64,000 bases of DNA from assembly GCA_017633255.1 (NCBI GenBank), contig JAGBPS010000024.1, positions 80,592-144,591 of the forward strand, written 5' to 3'. Below the pieces are notes generated by a model. The model saw only the letters and a list, made by a program, of their open reading frames with translations. It was not told the origin of the DNA and did not search any database. The DNA is from Bacteroidales bacterium (lineage in GTDB: Bacteria > Bacteroidota > Bacteroidia > Bacteroidales > WCHB1-69). The number at the start of each line of letters is the position of its first letter. The stretch's first letter is position 1. The position numbers and the translations under genes were made by a program. Below are positions 32,650 through 42,479 of this stretch, in pieces.

Positions 32650-33885
32650 ATGAGACTTTTATATTCTATCGCAATACATCTTTATAATGCAGCAATACAC
32701 CTTGCTGCATTATTTAATTTTAAGGCCCGCCAATGGGTGCAAGGCCGACGTGGTGTATTTGACTTTTTAGCCAAGCAATGCGCCGGTAAAGACCACATCA
32801 TCTGGTTTCATAGTGCCTCGTTGGGAGAGTTTGAGCAGGGAAAGCCGCTGATGCAACTGTATCGTCAGCAGCACCCCGACTGCACCATACTGGTCACTTT
32901 CTTCTCCCCTTCCGGCTATGAAATCAAGAAAAATGACAAGGTGGCTGACATTATCTGCTACCTTCCACTTGACACTCCTCGCAACGCCCGCCAGTTTATG
33001 GACATTGTGCCCGTGGAGAAAGCCGTTTTTGTGAAATACGAATACTGGTACAATTACATGCACCAGCTCAGCCTCCGCCAGGTGCCTTTTTATTACATTT
33101 CAGCCATCTTCCGTCCCTCACAATATTTCTTTAAGCCTTACGGCAGATGGTTTGCCCAGCAACTTAAAAAATGCACTTATTTCTTTGTGCAGAATGAAGT
33201 CTCTAAAGACCTGCTCCACTCTATTGGCATCAACCAGGTGGAAATCACCGGTGACACCCGCTTCGACCGCGTGTACGACATCTCGCAGCAGCAATACGAA
33301 CTGGATTTTGTGCAGGATTTCTGTAAAGAAGACACTAAACTGATAGTGGCAGGCAGCACTTGGGGACCCGATGAACAGTTGCTGAAACAACTGTTAGAAA
33401 AACTGCCCGCCAATTACAAGCTGGTGCTGGCTCCGCATGTCACCGATGCCAAGCACATCGGGCAGATCAAAGATCTGTTCCAAGAGTTCCCCACAGTTTG
33501 CTATACCGAAAAAGACGGCAAAGACTTATCAACCTATCGGGTGTTGGTGATTGACACCATCGGCATCTTGAGCAAGATTTACAAATACAGTTATATTTCC
33601 TACATTGGCGGCGCCTTCGAAACAGGACTGCATAACATCTTGGAAGCCGCTGTTTTTGGAGTTCCCCTCTTCTTCGGCCCCAAATACCAGAAGTTCAACG
33701 AAGCGGTGCAGCTGGTAGCCTTGCAAGGAGCTTTTTCCATCACCAGCCACGAAGAGATGCTGCAAAAATGCCAGCTCTACGCCTCCTCCCCCGAAGCATA
33801 CTCCAAGGTCTGCCAAATCTGCAAAGAGTTTGTACAGAGCAATTTGGGAAGCTGTGAAAAGATAATTAGCCAATTAGCCAATTAA
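32650..33885 (+). CDS. waaA: 3-deoxy-D-manno-octulosonic acid (Kdo) transferase
   Basis: 411 aa. N-terminal LLYSIAIHLYNAAIHLAALF...IWFHSASLGEFEQGKPL is typical of KdtA/WaaA, with a GT-B C-terminal half (GGAFETGLHNILEAAVFGVPLFFGP). Confidence 0.88.
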   Translation: MRLLYSIAIHLYNAAIHLAALFNFKARQWVQGRRGVFDFLAKQCAGKDHIIWFHSASLGEFEQGKPLMQLYRQQHPDCTILVTFFSPSGYEIKKNDKVADIICYLPLDTPRNARQFMDIVPVEKAVFVKYEYWYNYMHQLSLRQVPFYYISAIFRPSQYFFKPYGRWFAQQLKKCTYFFVQNEVSKDLLHSIGINQVEITGDTRFDRVYDISQQQYELDFVQDFCKEDTKLIVAGSTWGPDEQLLKQLLEKLPANYKLVLAPHVTDAKHIGQIKDLFQEFPTVCYTEKDGKDLSTYRVLVIDTIGILSKIYKYSYISYIGGAFETGLHNILEAAVFGVPLFFGPKYQKFNEAVQLVALQGAFSITSHEEMLQKCQLYASSPEAYSKVCQICKEFVQSNLGSCEKIISQLAN

Positions 33886-33920
33886 TAAATTGGTTAATTG
33901 GAATTGCGGGAAAGTAGGTC

Positions 33921-35567
33921 TTATTTCAAAAACTTAAAAGAAGCCGTCTGGTTTCCATCCATTATTGCAGTGCCAACATAAAAACCTTTCGACAAGGATG
34001 TTACGTTGATTTCGATGAGCGGATTCCCGTTGACAGCTTGTTGCAGGACAAGTTGACCAGCAGCGTTGTAAATGTTAATCAAGCGAATGCTGCCGTCAAG
34101 ATCGGTAAGATGGATTTTGTCGGTAGCGGGGTTCGGATAAACGCTGAGTCGCAGAGGATTATGATTGTTGATGCCAACTTGTGAGGTGTAGGCATGGTAG
34201 AAGTCAGGAATGCCGTAACCTAAAGTAGAGTTGGGAAAATTGTAGCAGTGACTGTTCTCACGTATGATTTGCATGATTTCGGAAGCGGAATACTGAGGCA
34301 ACGCCTGCCATAAACAAGCGCTGAGACCGGCGATGATGGGGCTGGCAAAACTTGTACCCTCTTCAGGGAGTGTAAAATCTGCGTAATAGTACACTCTGGT
34401 TGATTCTCCCATACTTGTGACATCAGGTTTCACGCGTCCATCGTATGAAGGTCCGCGAGAGGAGAAATGGGAACCGACGCTGTCAATGTTACATGAACCT
34501 ATAGTAAGAATGTTAAAAGCATCAGCAGGAATTGAAATATAATACCAGCTATATTCCCCATTATTGCCTGCCGAATTACATTCGATGATACCTTTCTCTC
34601 CCAAAAGGCCGGCACAACGACTGGCGATGCTGGTTTGACCATCACAATCCTCATAGGTATAAGAACCTTGGGGGAAATTGTCAAAGGTGGTATATCCAAG
34701 TGAACTATTAATAACATCAACTCCAAGACTGTCAGCAATTTCAACAGCGTTGACCCATAAATCCTCCTCGAATGGTTGTTCGGTCTCGGAGCATTCGGAT
34801 TGGATGAAGACGTATGAAGCCTTGGGAGCAGTACCTACAAAAGTACCATTCTCATCAGCTGCCATAACAGAAGCCACTCGCATACCATGTCTTGATCCAT
34901 TTATGTACGTTTCGTCCACAAAGTTAGGTCTGAGGGAATATTTCCCAACAAAGCGGCCCTGATTAACCATTTTGTTATAGAAAGAATTCTGCTCAAGTTC
35001 CTTGAAACCCCCATCTATCACAGCAATGAGCATCCCTTCTCCATGGAACCCTTCCGCGTGAAGAAGATGTCCGTTATGTATCGCGATTTGATTATAGCCA
35101 TCCCCATAGTTTATATCATCTTTCGTAGATAACGGAATATTTTGCATCATGGGTGCAGGATTCTCGGGAACTGAAACGGCAGTATTGTTTTTCAACTGGG
35201 TTGAACCAATCGCTTTGACGGAATCCACAAACGAAAGATCATTGATTTGCTGTACAATAGAGGCATCCGTGGAATAGATAGCAATTGTGTTCATCCATTT
35301 GGAAACCGCCAGAACCTGCATTTGCATATCCAAAGCCATAATCTGTTGCTTGTATTGCGGATTTACCGGCAAATCCTGCTCCGTGACCGGAATGTTGAAA
35401 CGGCTCCGCTTGTCAATGGCACGTTGCGTAAGAAATTCCGAAGGATTATTGATAGAATAAGGATTGTTGTTTTTGTCACTCAAATAAATACGATAACAAT
35501 TCGGAGTCTGGGCATGAAGAGCGACAAGCAAGCCCAAAACAACGCAAAGGAGAGATAAATGCTTCAT
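33921..35567 (-). CDS. S8 (subtilisin-like) serine peptidase with T9SS C-terminal sorting domain
   Basis: 548 aa. Signal peptide; catalytic-triad contexts IAVIDGGF (Asp), SRHGMRVASVMAA (His), GTSFASPIIAG (Ser). C-terminal LSVYPNPATDKIHL...GFYVG sorting domain. Confidence 0.88.
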   Translation of the reverse strand: MKHLSLLCVVLGLLVALHAQTPNCYRIYLSDKNNNPYSINNPSEFLTQRAIDKRSRFNIPVTEQDLPVNPQYKQQIMALDMQMQVLAVSKWMNTIAIYSTDASIVQQINDLSFVDSVKAIGSTQLKNNTAVSVPENPAPMMQNIPLSTKDDINYGDGYNQIAIHNGHLLHAEGFHGEGMLIAVIDGGFKELEQNSFYNKMVNQGRFVGKYSLRPNFVDETYINGSRHGMRVASVMAADENGTFVGTAPKASYVFIQSECSETEQPFEEDLWVNAVEIADSLGVDVINSSLGYTTFDNFPQGSYTYEDCDGQTSIASRCAGLLGEKGIIECNSAGNNGEYSWYYISIPADAFNILTIGSCNIDSVGSHFSSRGPSYDGRVKPDVTSMGESTRVYYYADFTLPEEGTSFASPIIAGLSACLWQALPQYSASEIMQIIRENSHCYNFPNSTLGYGIPDFYHAYTSQVGINNHNPLRLSVYPNPATDKIHLTDLDGSIRLINIYNAAGQLVLQQAVNGNPLIEINVTSLSKGFYVGTAIMDGNQTASFKFLK

Positions 35568-35661
35568 ATTCCATTAACAGCGGACATCTATTTAAAATTT
35601 TATGTGCCACACTCTCAAACCTTGCGAAGTCCGCTGAACAAGATTTGAAAAAATGACGTTG

Positions 35662-35669
35662 CAAATTTA
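35662..35669 (-). promoter_or_regulatory. -7 box TAAATTTG (minus strand) upstream of the S8 peptidase gene
   Basis: Plus-strand CAAATTTA is an exact TAnnTTTG on the minus strand, about 95 nt upstream of the start at 35567. Confidence 0.35.
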
Positions 35670-35775
35670 CACATTTTTCCATAATTATATCTTTTTTCCT
35701 GAAATCAAAAAAACTAATACTGCATGCGTATGCCATGCCAACGAACAGGGGATTAAAAGTATGAAGAAAAAAGAG

Positions 35776-35783
35776 TATCTTTG
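35776..35783 (+). promoter_or_regulatory. -7 box TATCTTTG upstream of the lipoprotein gene
   Basis: Exact TAnnTTTG in the TATCTTTGCA context, about 96 nt upstream of the ATG at 35879. Confidence 0.4.
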
Positions 35784-35878
35784 CAAAAAATATTGTCCCG
35801 ACCAACTCTGCCATGCACCGAAAGAGTTGAAGAAAAAAGAAAAAAGGTAAAATATCAAACATTTCAATTTTTATCAAT

Positions 35879-36814
35879 ATGAAAAAACTATTATTTTTAC
35901 TGGCAGCCGTGATGCTGATGACGGCATGTGGAAACAAGGAAAAACAGCTGCAAGAACGTGCGGCGGAACTGTGCAAATACATCCCCGACCATGAGCTGCT
36001 GGAGCAGTCGAAAGACTATATGACTGAGGATTTTTACAATGTGCTCGACACGATGTTCAACCACCTTCCCCAGCACGAGGCCATGGATCACGAATGGCTC
36101 TATTATTTTGTGACCGGCAACGGCGGCACCATTGCCGACTACACAGTGGTTGGTGTGGAGCAAACTGACGACACCCACGCTGTCGCCACCATCAGTGTGC
36201 GCCAAAAATGGGAGGACGGCTCATTTGACGAATCCACCGATGTGGAGGAACACAAGCTCTATATGGAGAAAGTGGGTGACGTGTGGCTCATGTGCGACTT
36301 CGATGGACACAAGGCCGACTGCATCAATTACATCGCCAATAATCGCGAGGAACAAGTCGTAAGACAAGCCATCAGCGACTATCTGGTGAAGGAGATTGGC
36401 TCCCAATATGCGCAAGGCGATATTTGCATCCCCACCCTGATGATGGTGGCAGAAGAGGATTGTGAAACAGAGATTGCATTCGTTTGGGGCGATTTCTGGG
36501 TGTTTTGGTACAATGTTTCAGGAGACACGCTAAAGTGCGTCTCGGGCGGAAACCACTCGGGACGTATGACAATCAGTGAACTTGCGTATCCACAATATTA
36601 CGTCAGTGCTTTTTGGCAGACCGAAGACGGTGCCGGCAATGAAAAAAGTGCCCGTGAAATCTTCGGCAAACACTATGATGTTTACCAGAACATGCATTCC
36701 AACGAGGAAGTGCGCGAAGCCGTCCGCAAGGAACAGCTGCAATGGTACGTCAAAAGCCATAACCTCAAGGTCCGCTATTACCAAGACTTCGGCTGGCCCG
36801 CAGTCGAATTATAA
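35879..36814 (+). CDS. Hypothetical lipoprotein
   Basis: 311 aa. Lipoprotein signal MKKLLFLLAAVMLMTAC|GNKE. No catalytic motif recognised. Confidence 0.6.
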   Translation: MKKLLFLLAAVMLMTACGNKEKQLQERAAELCKYIPDHELLEQSKDYMTEDFYNVLDTMFNHLPQHEAMDHEWLYYFVTGNGGTIADYTVVGVEQTDDTHAVATISVRQKWEDGSFDESTDVEEHKLYMEKVGDVWLMCDFDGHKADCINYIANNREEQVVRQAISDYLVKEIGSQYAQGDICIPTLMMVAEEDCETEIAFVWGDFWVFWYNVSGDTLKCVSGGNHSGRMTISELAYPQYYVSAFWQTEDGAGNEKSAREIFGKHYDVYQNMHSNEEVREAVRKEQLQWYVKSHNLKVRYYQDFGWPAVEL

Positions 36815-38170
36815 TTATATCGCTTTTTTCCGCCAGTCGGCCTTCCAAATATAGAAGAAGGAAATAAGGCCGATGACGATATTGTAGAACCATTCGGCAG
36901 TCCACACACTGGCAATGGTGGAAATGCGGGTGGCCAGATAAACATAGAGCAAATAGCAGATAAGCACCCCGAACTCCAAAGCCATAGCGGCCGAAGTGTT
37001 GCCGGTGCCCGAAATCGCTTCGAAATATATTACACCGACGGAACCCAAAACCGTAGCGACACAGATAACATAAACTGATGGAATAGCGGCAGCCACCAGG
37101 CTGAGATCATCGGTATAGATACGCAGAACCACATCGGGAAAGATGGCTGTGAGGATGACCAGCACCAAGGAGCAAAGCACCGCATTTTTCACCACTTTGC
37201 GCAGCATCGCCATCACCTCATCGCTCTTGCCCTCACCAATGATGCGACTGGTGAGCGTGTTGGCCGTGGCCGCAAAAGCGAAAAACGGGATAATGAGAAT
37301 CATATAGGTACTGCGAACCACCGAGGATACTCCAAGCGCCGTCTCGCCCATCTTTTCAATCAGGATAAAGAAAGCGAACCAAGCCCCGAAGGAGAATAGT
37401 CGCTGAATCATGCAGGGAAAAGCCACTTTCAGGATATTGCCCATCAGTGCAGGCTGCAACTTATGCCAGCGGAACATGCCGTATTCCTGGTGGGGAATGG
37501 TGATGAAAGTATAAATCCAGAAGAAACAGAAAGCGGTCAACTCAGCCAGAAGCGAAGCCAAGGCCGCACCACCGATACCCATTTCAGGCAGACCACAATT
37601 TCCGAATATCAAGCCCCAGTCAAAGAAAATATTGACCACCGCCATGAGAAGGGTGGAATATGTGATGACCTTGGTATTGCTGATGCCCACATAAAACGAG
37701 CGGAAGAGGAAGTTAAACACCACAAAAACAATACCGAAACGCCTGATATCCAAGTATTTCATAGAAGCCGCATAAATATTATCCGACTCAATGATGATAT
37801 TCATCAGTCCATCGCTGAGGAAAAACAGAAGGCTAAGCAACACGAGACCGAGCAGCAAGACGAAAAGCGCTCCGTGCTGGAAGACCACGCCAATCTGTTT
37901 CAGATTGCCCTCGCCGAAACGCCGGGCAATGAAGATTTGGATGCCCACCGCAAAGCCCATCGCCAAGGTGGTGAACACATAATAGAACAAGCCGGCCATC
38001 ATCGACGCACTCAACTCAATTGTGCCCAAATGCCCCAGAAAGGCCGTGTCGGTAAAAGTTATGACAGTTTGCGCCAGATTGCCCAGCATGATAGGATAGG
38101 CAATGCGCCATATTTCTCGATTAGTAACAGAGGTTTTTATCATGGCGCAAAAATACGGCTTTTTTGTCAA
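36815..38170 (-). CDS. MATE family efflux transporter
   Basis: 451 aa with 12 predicted TM segments. N-terminal REIWRIAYPIMLGNLAQTVITFTDTAFLGHLG is typical of MATE. An alternative start at MIKTS (38143) is possible. Confidence 0.85.
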   Translation of the reverse strand: MTKKPYFCAMIKTSVTNREIWRIAYPIMLGNLAQTVITFTDTAFLGHLGTIELSASMMAGLFYYVFTTLAMGFAVGIQIFIARRFGEGNLKQIGVVFQHGALFVLLLGLVLLSLLFFLSDGLMNIIIESDNIYAASMKYLDIRRFGIVFVVFNFLFRSFYVGISNTKVITYSTLLMAVVNIFFDWGLIFGNCGLPEMGIGGAALASLLAELTAFCFFWIYTFITIPHQEYGMFRWHKLQPALMGNILKVAFPCMIQRLFSFGAWFAFFILIEKMGETALGVSSVVRSTYMILIIPFFAFAATANTLTSRIIGEGKSDEVMAMLRKVVKNAVLCSLVLVILTAIFPDVVLRIYTDDLSLVAAAIPSVYVICVATVLGSVGVIYFEAISGTGNTSAAMALEFGVLICYLLYVYLATRISTIASVWTAEWFYNIVIGLISFFYIWKADWRKKAI

Positions 38171-38175
38171 TTATT

Positions 38176-38799
38176 TCACTCCTGTTTCCGGCGCTCGATT
38201 TCGTCGTGGATCTTGGAGGCCATTTCGAAATCCTCACATTCCACAGCGCCGTCCAAAAGATTCTGCAACTCTTCAAGGCTCATCTCTTCCAACTTGGTAG
38301 AAAGATATTTGTCGTAATTCTCATCGGATAAGTCCATTTCCAAATCATCCACCTCCTGTTCTTCTTCCGTATCTGAAGAAAACACTTCCAAGTTCTCCTC
38401 ATCGGAGAAATAGGCTTCCAGCACCTCTTCCTCCACATAGACCGGAATATTGCATTTCAGGGCTAACACCACCGCGTCCGAAGTTCTCGAGTCGATAGTG
38501 AACACCTCACCATTCTCCCTTCTGAAATGAATATCGGCATAAAACACCCCTTCCTCGAATTTATGGATAACCACATAACCCGCATACACCTTGCATACTT
38601 CCGACAAACGCAGAAACAGGTCGTGCGGAGTAGGACGTTTGGGTTTCATCTTATTCATTTCCAATACAATAGCCCTTGCTTCGTTCATCCCGATAAGGAT
38701 GGGTAACAAGCGTTCACCCTCCTTCTCTTTCAGGATCAAAGCGTAAGCCTCAGAAGGAGCCTGGGCATTATTGATGTCGGAAACGGTGAATTCGATCAT
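38176..38799 (-). CDS. Bifunctional nuclease (DUF151/BFN) family protein with C-terminal UVR motif
   Basis: 207 aa. N-terminal BFN-like core (YALILKEKEGERLLPILIGMNEARAI...RPTPHDL), an acidic linker, then a UVR-type helix LEELQNLLDGAVECEDFEMASKIHDEIERRK. Confidence 0.75.
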   Translation of the reverse strand: MIEFTVSDINNAQAPSEAYALILKEKEGERLLPILIGMNEARAIVLEMNKMKPKRPTPHDLFLRLSEVCKVYAGYVVIHKFEEGVFYADIHFRRENGEVFTIDSRTSDAVVLALKCNIPVYVEEEVLEAYFSDEENLEVFSSDTEEEQEVDDLEMDLSDENYDKYLSTKLEEMSLEELQNLLDGAVECEDFEMASKIHDEIERRKQE

Positions 38800-38824
38800 A
38801 ATTGAGGGTTATTTGTTTTTCGGT

Positions 38825-38962
38825 TATACGTTAAGACACTCACTTTGTTCGTTCGGGGAGACGCTCGCTTTGCTCGCTCGTTAAGAACAAATTTATCTCC
38901 CCGTCTTACCGAGTACACGTCAGTGTACGTCTTCCCGAATGCACTTCGTGCATGTCTTAACG
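38825..38962. repeat. Dispersed intergenic hairpin element, family B (copy B1, inverted orientation)
   Basis: Begins TATACGTTAAGACACTCAC.. and contains GGGGAGACGCTCGCTTTGCTCGCTCGTTAAG, the internal inverted repeat GGGGAGA/TCTCCCC, the hairpin ATGCAC-TTC-GTGCAT, and ends GTCTTAACG. Related copies lie at 40305, 46651 and 53881. Confidence 0.75.
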
Positions 38963-38964
38963 AT

Positions 38965-40230
38965 CTAATTCTTAGTTTCTTCGGGATTATGTTTGTATTT
39001 GAAAACAATGGCAAAAAGCACTGCCACTACCATGGCGTAGGCGGCGAAAATATCCCATACAGCAGTCCAATTGCCTACCAAATGATGACCTTCCCAAGTG
39101 CAATATTGGTTGACTACCCATTGCGCTCCCAACGTGCCTATGGTGGCACCAATACCATTGGTCATCAGCATGAATAAACCCTGAGCCGAAGAACGGATAT
39201 CAGTGCTGGTCTCCTTGTCCACAAACAGCGAACCGCTGATATTGAAGAAATCGAAAGCCACGCCATAAACAATCATAGACAAGACAAACAACCACACTCC
39301 GTTGCCGGGGTTACCCAAGCCAAAGAAAGCGAAACGCAATACCCAGGCGAACATGGCTATCAGCATCACTTTCTTAATACCGAACTTGTGCAAAAAGAAG
39401 GGAATCAGCAGAATACACAAAGTCTCGGAAATCTGTGACAAAGAAACCAGAATGTTGGCATGTTGCACCCCAAAAGTGTCGGCATATTCCGGCTGTGCGC
39501 CGAAACTGTGGATGAAAGGATTGGCAAAACCATTGGTAATCTGCAAAGACACCCCCAAAAGCATGGAGAAAATGAAGAAAATGGCCATTCTCTTCTCCTT
39601 GAACAAAGCGAAAGCCTTCAAACCCAAGGCATCCACAAAAGATTTCTTATCCGTAGAGGTTGAAATCGGGCACTTGGGCAGAGTGAAAGAATAAATTGCC
39701 AATACCAATCCGATGAAACCGCTGAGGAGGAACTGTTTTGACGAGTGTTGGAAACCCAGTAAATCAACCGCCCACATGGAGCAGATAAAACCGATGGTAC
39801 CAAAGACACGGATAGGCGGGAAAGCCTTGACCGTATCGTAGCCATTCATATCCAAGGCGTTATAAGCCACCGAGTTAGACAAAGCAATGGTAGGCATATA
39901 GAAAGCTACGCTCAAGGTATAAAGGGTAAACAGAACCGAAAACTGAACCGCATCACCGCTCATCAGACCGTAATAACCAGCGGCAATCATGGCGGCACCG
40001 GCAATCCCGTGGCAAATACCCAGCATCTTTTGCGCCGGTATCCAGCGGTCGGCCACAATGCCTATCAACGCCGGCATAAAAAGGGACACAATACCCTGAA
40101 TGGAATAGAAAAGTCCTATTTTCCCACCCATTCCGTGCGGTCCCAGATAACGGCCCATACAAGTCAAATACGCTCCCCAAACGGCAAATTGGAGGAAATT
40201 CATGATAATCAGTCTGACCTTCAAATTCAT
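38965..40230 (-). CDS. Nucleoside:H+ symporter family (NupG/XapB-like) MFS permease
   Basis: 421 aa, 12 TM segments. N-terminal VRLIIMNFLQFAVWGAYLTCMGRYL is characteristic of the Nuc_H_symport family. Confidence 0.8.
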   Translation of the reverse strand: MNLKVRLIIMNFLQFAVWGAYLTCMGRYLGPHGMGGKIGLFYSIQGIVSLFMPALIGIVADRWIPAQKMLGICHGIAGAAMIAAGYYGLMSGDAVQFSVLFTLYTLSVAFYMPTIALSNSVAYNALDMNGYDTVKAFPPIRVFGTIGFICSMWAVDLLGFQHSSKQFLLSGFIGLVLAIYSFTLPKCPISTSTDKKSFVDALGLKAFALFKEKRMAIFFIFSMLLGVSLQITNGFANPFIHSFGAQPEYADTFGVQHANILVSLSQISETLCILLIPFFLHKFGIKKVMLIAMFAWVLRFAFFGLGNPGNGVWLFVLSMIVYGVAFDFFNISGSLFVDKETSTDIRSSAQGLFMLMTNGIGATIGTLGAQWVVNQYCTWEGHHLVGNWTAVWDIFAAYAMVVAVLFAIVFKYKHNPEETKN

Positions 40231-40304
40231 AGCGGTAGTAATTTCTATTAAAATGCAAAATTACAAGTTTTTTTATGAATAATCGATAACTGGGAAAATT
40301 TTTT

Positions 40305-40445
40305 CGTGCGTGAAGACGTGGAGACACTCACTTCGTTCGTTCGTGGAGACGTGGAGGAAATTTCCGTCTTCACGAATGCACGAGTGCATGACTTCACGTC
40401 TTGACGAATGAGCGTAGCGAATGACTTCACGCTACAATGACTCAC
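40305..40445. repeat. Dispersed intergenic hairpin element, family B (copy B2)
   Basis: CGTGCGTGAAGACGTGGAGACACTCACTTCGTTCGTTCGTGGAGACGTGGAGG..CCGTCTTCACG, with the inverted repeat GTGAAGACG/CGTCTTCAC. Also the hairpin ATGCACGAGTGCAT and GACTTCACG words. Confidence 0.75.
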
Positions 40446-40654
40446 ATAGTGGCGTACCTTCGGCACGCTGTGATACTCTACGCACATCACAACCCCAAAC
40501 TGCGGCCTTCGGCCTTGTTAGGGGGTTAATAGGATAGCGTGCTTTCAGCACTTGTAACTCACGAATCACGGCTCACAGCTCATAGCTCATTACTCACAGC
40601 ATCTCGCAAAATAGTTTGCTAATTAACTAATTTGCTAATTTGCTAATTATTTTG

Positions 40655-40662
40655 TATTTTTG
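40655..40662 (+). promoter_or_regulatory. -7 box TATTTTTG upstream of lysS
   Basis: Exact TAnnTTTG (GTATTTTTGCAG) 29 nt upstream of the ATG at 40691. Confidence 0.5.
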
Positions 40663-40690
40663 CAGTTTGTATTATCAACGAAGAAAAATC

Positions 40691-42403
40691 ATGGAATTAT
40701 CAGAACAGGAAATCATCAGACGCAAGAAATTAGAGGATTTGTTGAATCTCGGTATCAACCCCTACCCCGCCGCGGAATATGAGGTAAACACCACTACCAC
40801 AGAGATTTTGACGGAATTCCCGAAAGACAACAGCAAGTTCCAGAATGTCAGCATCGCCGGCCGTATCATGACCCAGCGCATCATGGGAGCTGTTTCTTTC
40901 TTCGAGATCCAGGACTCCGTGGGCCGCATTCAGATTTACGCCAAACGCGACGAGCTGTGCCCCGGCGAGGACAAAACGATGTACAACAGCGTCTTCAAAA
41001 AATTGGATATCGGTGATATTATCGGTGTGAAAGGCTTTGTGTTCACCACCCAGATGGGCGAAATCAGTATCCATGTGAAAGAGTTCACCATCTTGTGCAA
41101 ATCAGTGTGCCCGCTGCCCATCGTCAAAGAAAAAGACGGCAAAGTGTACGATGCTTTCCAGGATCCGGAACAACGCTACCGCCAACGCTATATCGACCTC
41201 ATCGTCAACCCGCAGGTGAAAGACACCTTCATCAAGCGTACCCTGCTGGTGAACACCATGCGTAATTTCCTGAACGAAAAGGGCTACCTGGAAGTGGAGA
41301 CCCCCATCCTGCAGCCCCTGTACGGTGGTGCCGCTGCCCGTCCATTCAAAACCCATCACAACACCCTCGATATGACCCTCTATCTGCGTATCGCTGATGA
41401 GCTGTATCTGAAAAAACTGATTGTGGGCGGTTTCAACGGCGTATATGAATTCTCCAAGGACTTCCGCAACGAAGGTATGGACCGCTTCCATAATCCCGAA
41501 TTTACCCAGATGGAACTCTACGTTCCTTATAAAGATTATGAATGGATGATGAACTGCGTGGAAGAGATGGTGGAACGCATCGCTCTGGCGCTGCATGGTG
41601 ACACCAAGGTGCAGGTGGGCGAGAATATCATCGACTTCAAGCGCCCGTGGAAACGTTACACCATGTTTGAGGCTATCGAGCACTTCACCGGCACCGACAT
41701 TTCCAATATGGACGAGGCCCAGTTGGCAGAATTTGCCACTTCGCAAGGCGTGAAAGTGGATTCCACCATGGGTAAGGGCAAGCTGATTGACGAAATCTTC
41801 GGCGAAACCTGCGAGCACAAACTCATCCAGCCAACTTTCATCTATGATTATCCGATTGAAATGTCTCCGCTGACCAAGAAACACCGCAGCAAACCCGGTT
41901 TGACCGAGCGTTTCGAGGCTATGTGCAACGGCAAGGAAATCTGCAACGCCTACTCCGAGCTCAACGACCCCATCGACCAGCGCAAACGTTTCGAAGACCA
42001 GTTGGAATTAGGCAAGCGTGGCGACACCGAATCAATGGTATTGGACGAGGACTTCCTGAAATCACTGGAAATCGGTATGCCTCCCACAGCAGGTCTAGGT
42101 ATCGGTATCGACCGTCTGGCCATGATCATGACCAACTCGCCCTCCATCCAGGATGTGCTGTTTTTCCCGCAGATGCGTCCCGAAAAAAAGCCTGAAACTT
42201 CCAGCGACAAGGATTTTATGGAGAGAGGAGTGCCCGAAATTTGGGTTCCGGTGCTGCGAAAACTGAACATCAACACCATCGACCAGCTGAAAGCCGCCAA
42301 CCCCAACAAGCTGCTCAATGACTTGGGAGGCTTACGAAAGAAGCTGAAAATGGACGTTCCGGCAGTGCCTTTGGACACCATCAAATCATGGGTTGAAAAA
42401 TAA
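40691..42403 (+). CDS. lysS: Lysine--tRNA ligase (class II) with C-terminal extension
   Basis: Start trimmed to [19 protein letters not shown] anticodon-binding domain; class II motifs ([34 protein letters not shown]). About 70 extra C-terminal aa, as in other Bacteroidota LysRS. Confidence 0.93.
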   Translation: MELSEQEIIRRKKLEDLLNLGINPYPAAEYEVNTTTTEILTEFPKDNSKFQNVSIAGRIMTQRIMGAVSFFEIQDSVGRIQIYAKRDELCPGEDKTMYNSVFKKLDIGDIIGVKGFVFTTQMGEISIHVKEFTILCKSVCPLPIVKEKDGKVYDAFQDPEQRYRQRYIDLIVNPQVKDTFIKRTLLVNTMRNFLNEKGYLEVETPILQPLYGGAAARPFKTHHNTLDMTLYLRIADELYLKKLIVGGFNGVYEFSKDFRNEGMDRFHNPEFTQMELYVPYKDYEWMMNCVEEMVERIALALHGDTKVQVGENIIDFKRPWKRYTMFEAIEHFTGTDISNMDEAQLAEFATSQGVKVDSTMGKGKLIDEIFGETCEHKLIQPTFIYDYPIEMSPLTKKHRSKPGLTERFEAMCNGKEICNAYSELNDPIDQRKRFEDQLELGKRGDTESMVLDEDFLKSLEIGMPPTAGLGIGIDRLAMIMTNSPSIQDVLFFPQMRPEKKPETSSDKDFMERGVPEIWVPVLRKLNINTIDQLKAANPNKLLNDLGGLRKKLKMDVPAVPLDTIKSWVEK

Positions 42404-42438
42404 TTCAAATTTATTGATTGAGATATCGAAAAAAGTTG

Positions 42439-42446
42439 TATTTTTG
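42439..42446 (+). promoter_or_regulatory. -7 box TATTTTTG upstream of tRNA-Leu
   Basis: Exact TAnnTTTG (GTATTTTTGCAG) 34 nt upstream of the tRNA 5' end. Confidence 0.45.
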
Positions 42447-42479
42447 CAGCCTGATTTTTGACCAGCTCAATCAATCAAT

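Noticed and set aside
35653-35850. A 65-aa Cys-rich small ORF (..CVCHANEQG..CKKYCPDQLCHAPKE..) in the divergent promoter region.
   Set aside because: It contains the TATCTTTG -7 box of the downstream lipoprotein gene and the -7 box of the S8 peptidase gene on the other strand. The region is AT-rich promoter sequence and there is no supporting signal.
37463-38317. Long antisense ORFs inside well-supported genes (37463..38317 in the MATE gene, 41102..41884 in lysS, 52275..53114 in dnaG, 13501..14259 in ahcY, 59208..60113 in the oxidoreductase).
   Set aside because: Each lies opposite a gene with unambiguous family motifs. Their amino-acid composition (His/Val/Gly/Arg-rich) is typical of shadow frames of coding DNA richer in G+C.
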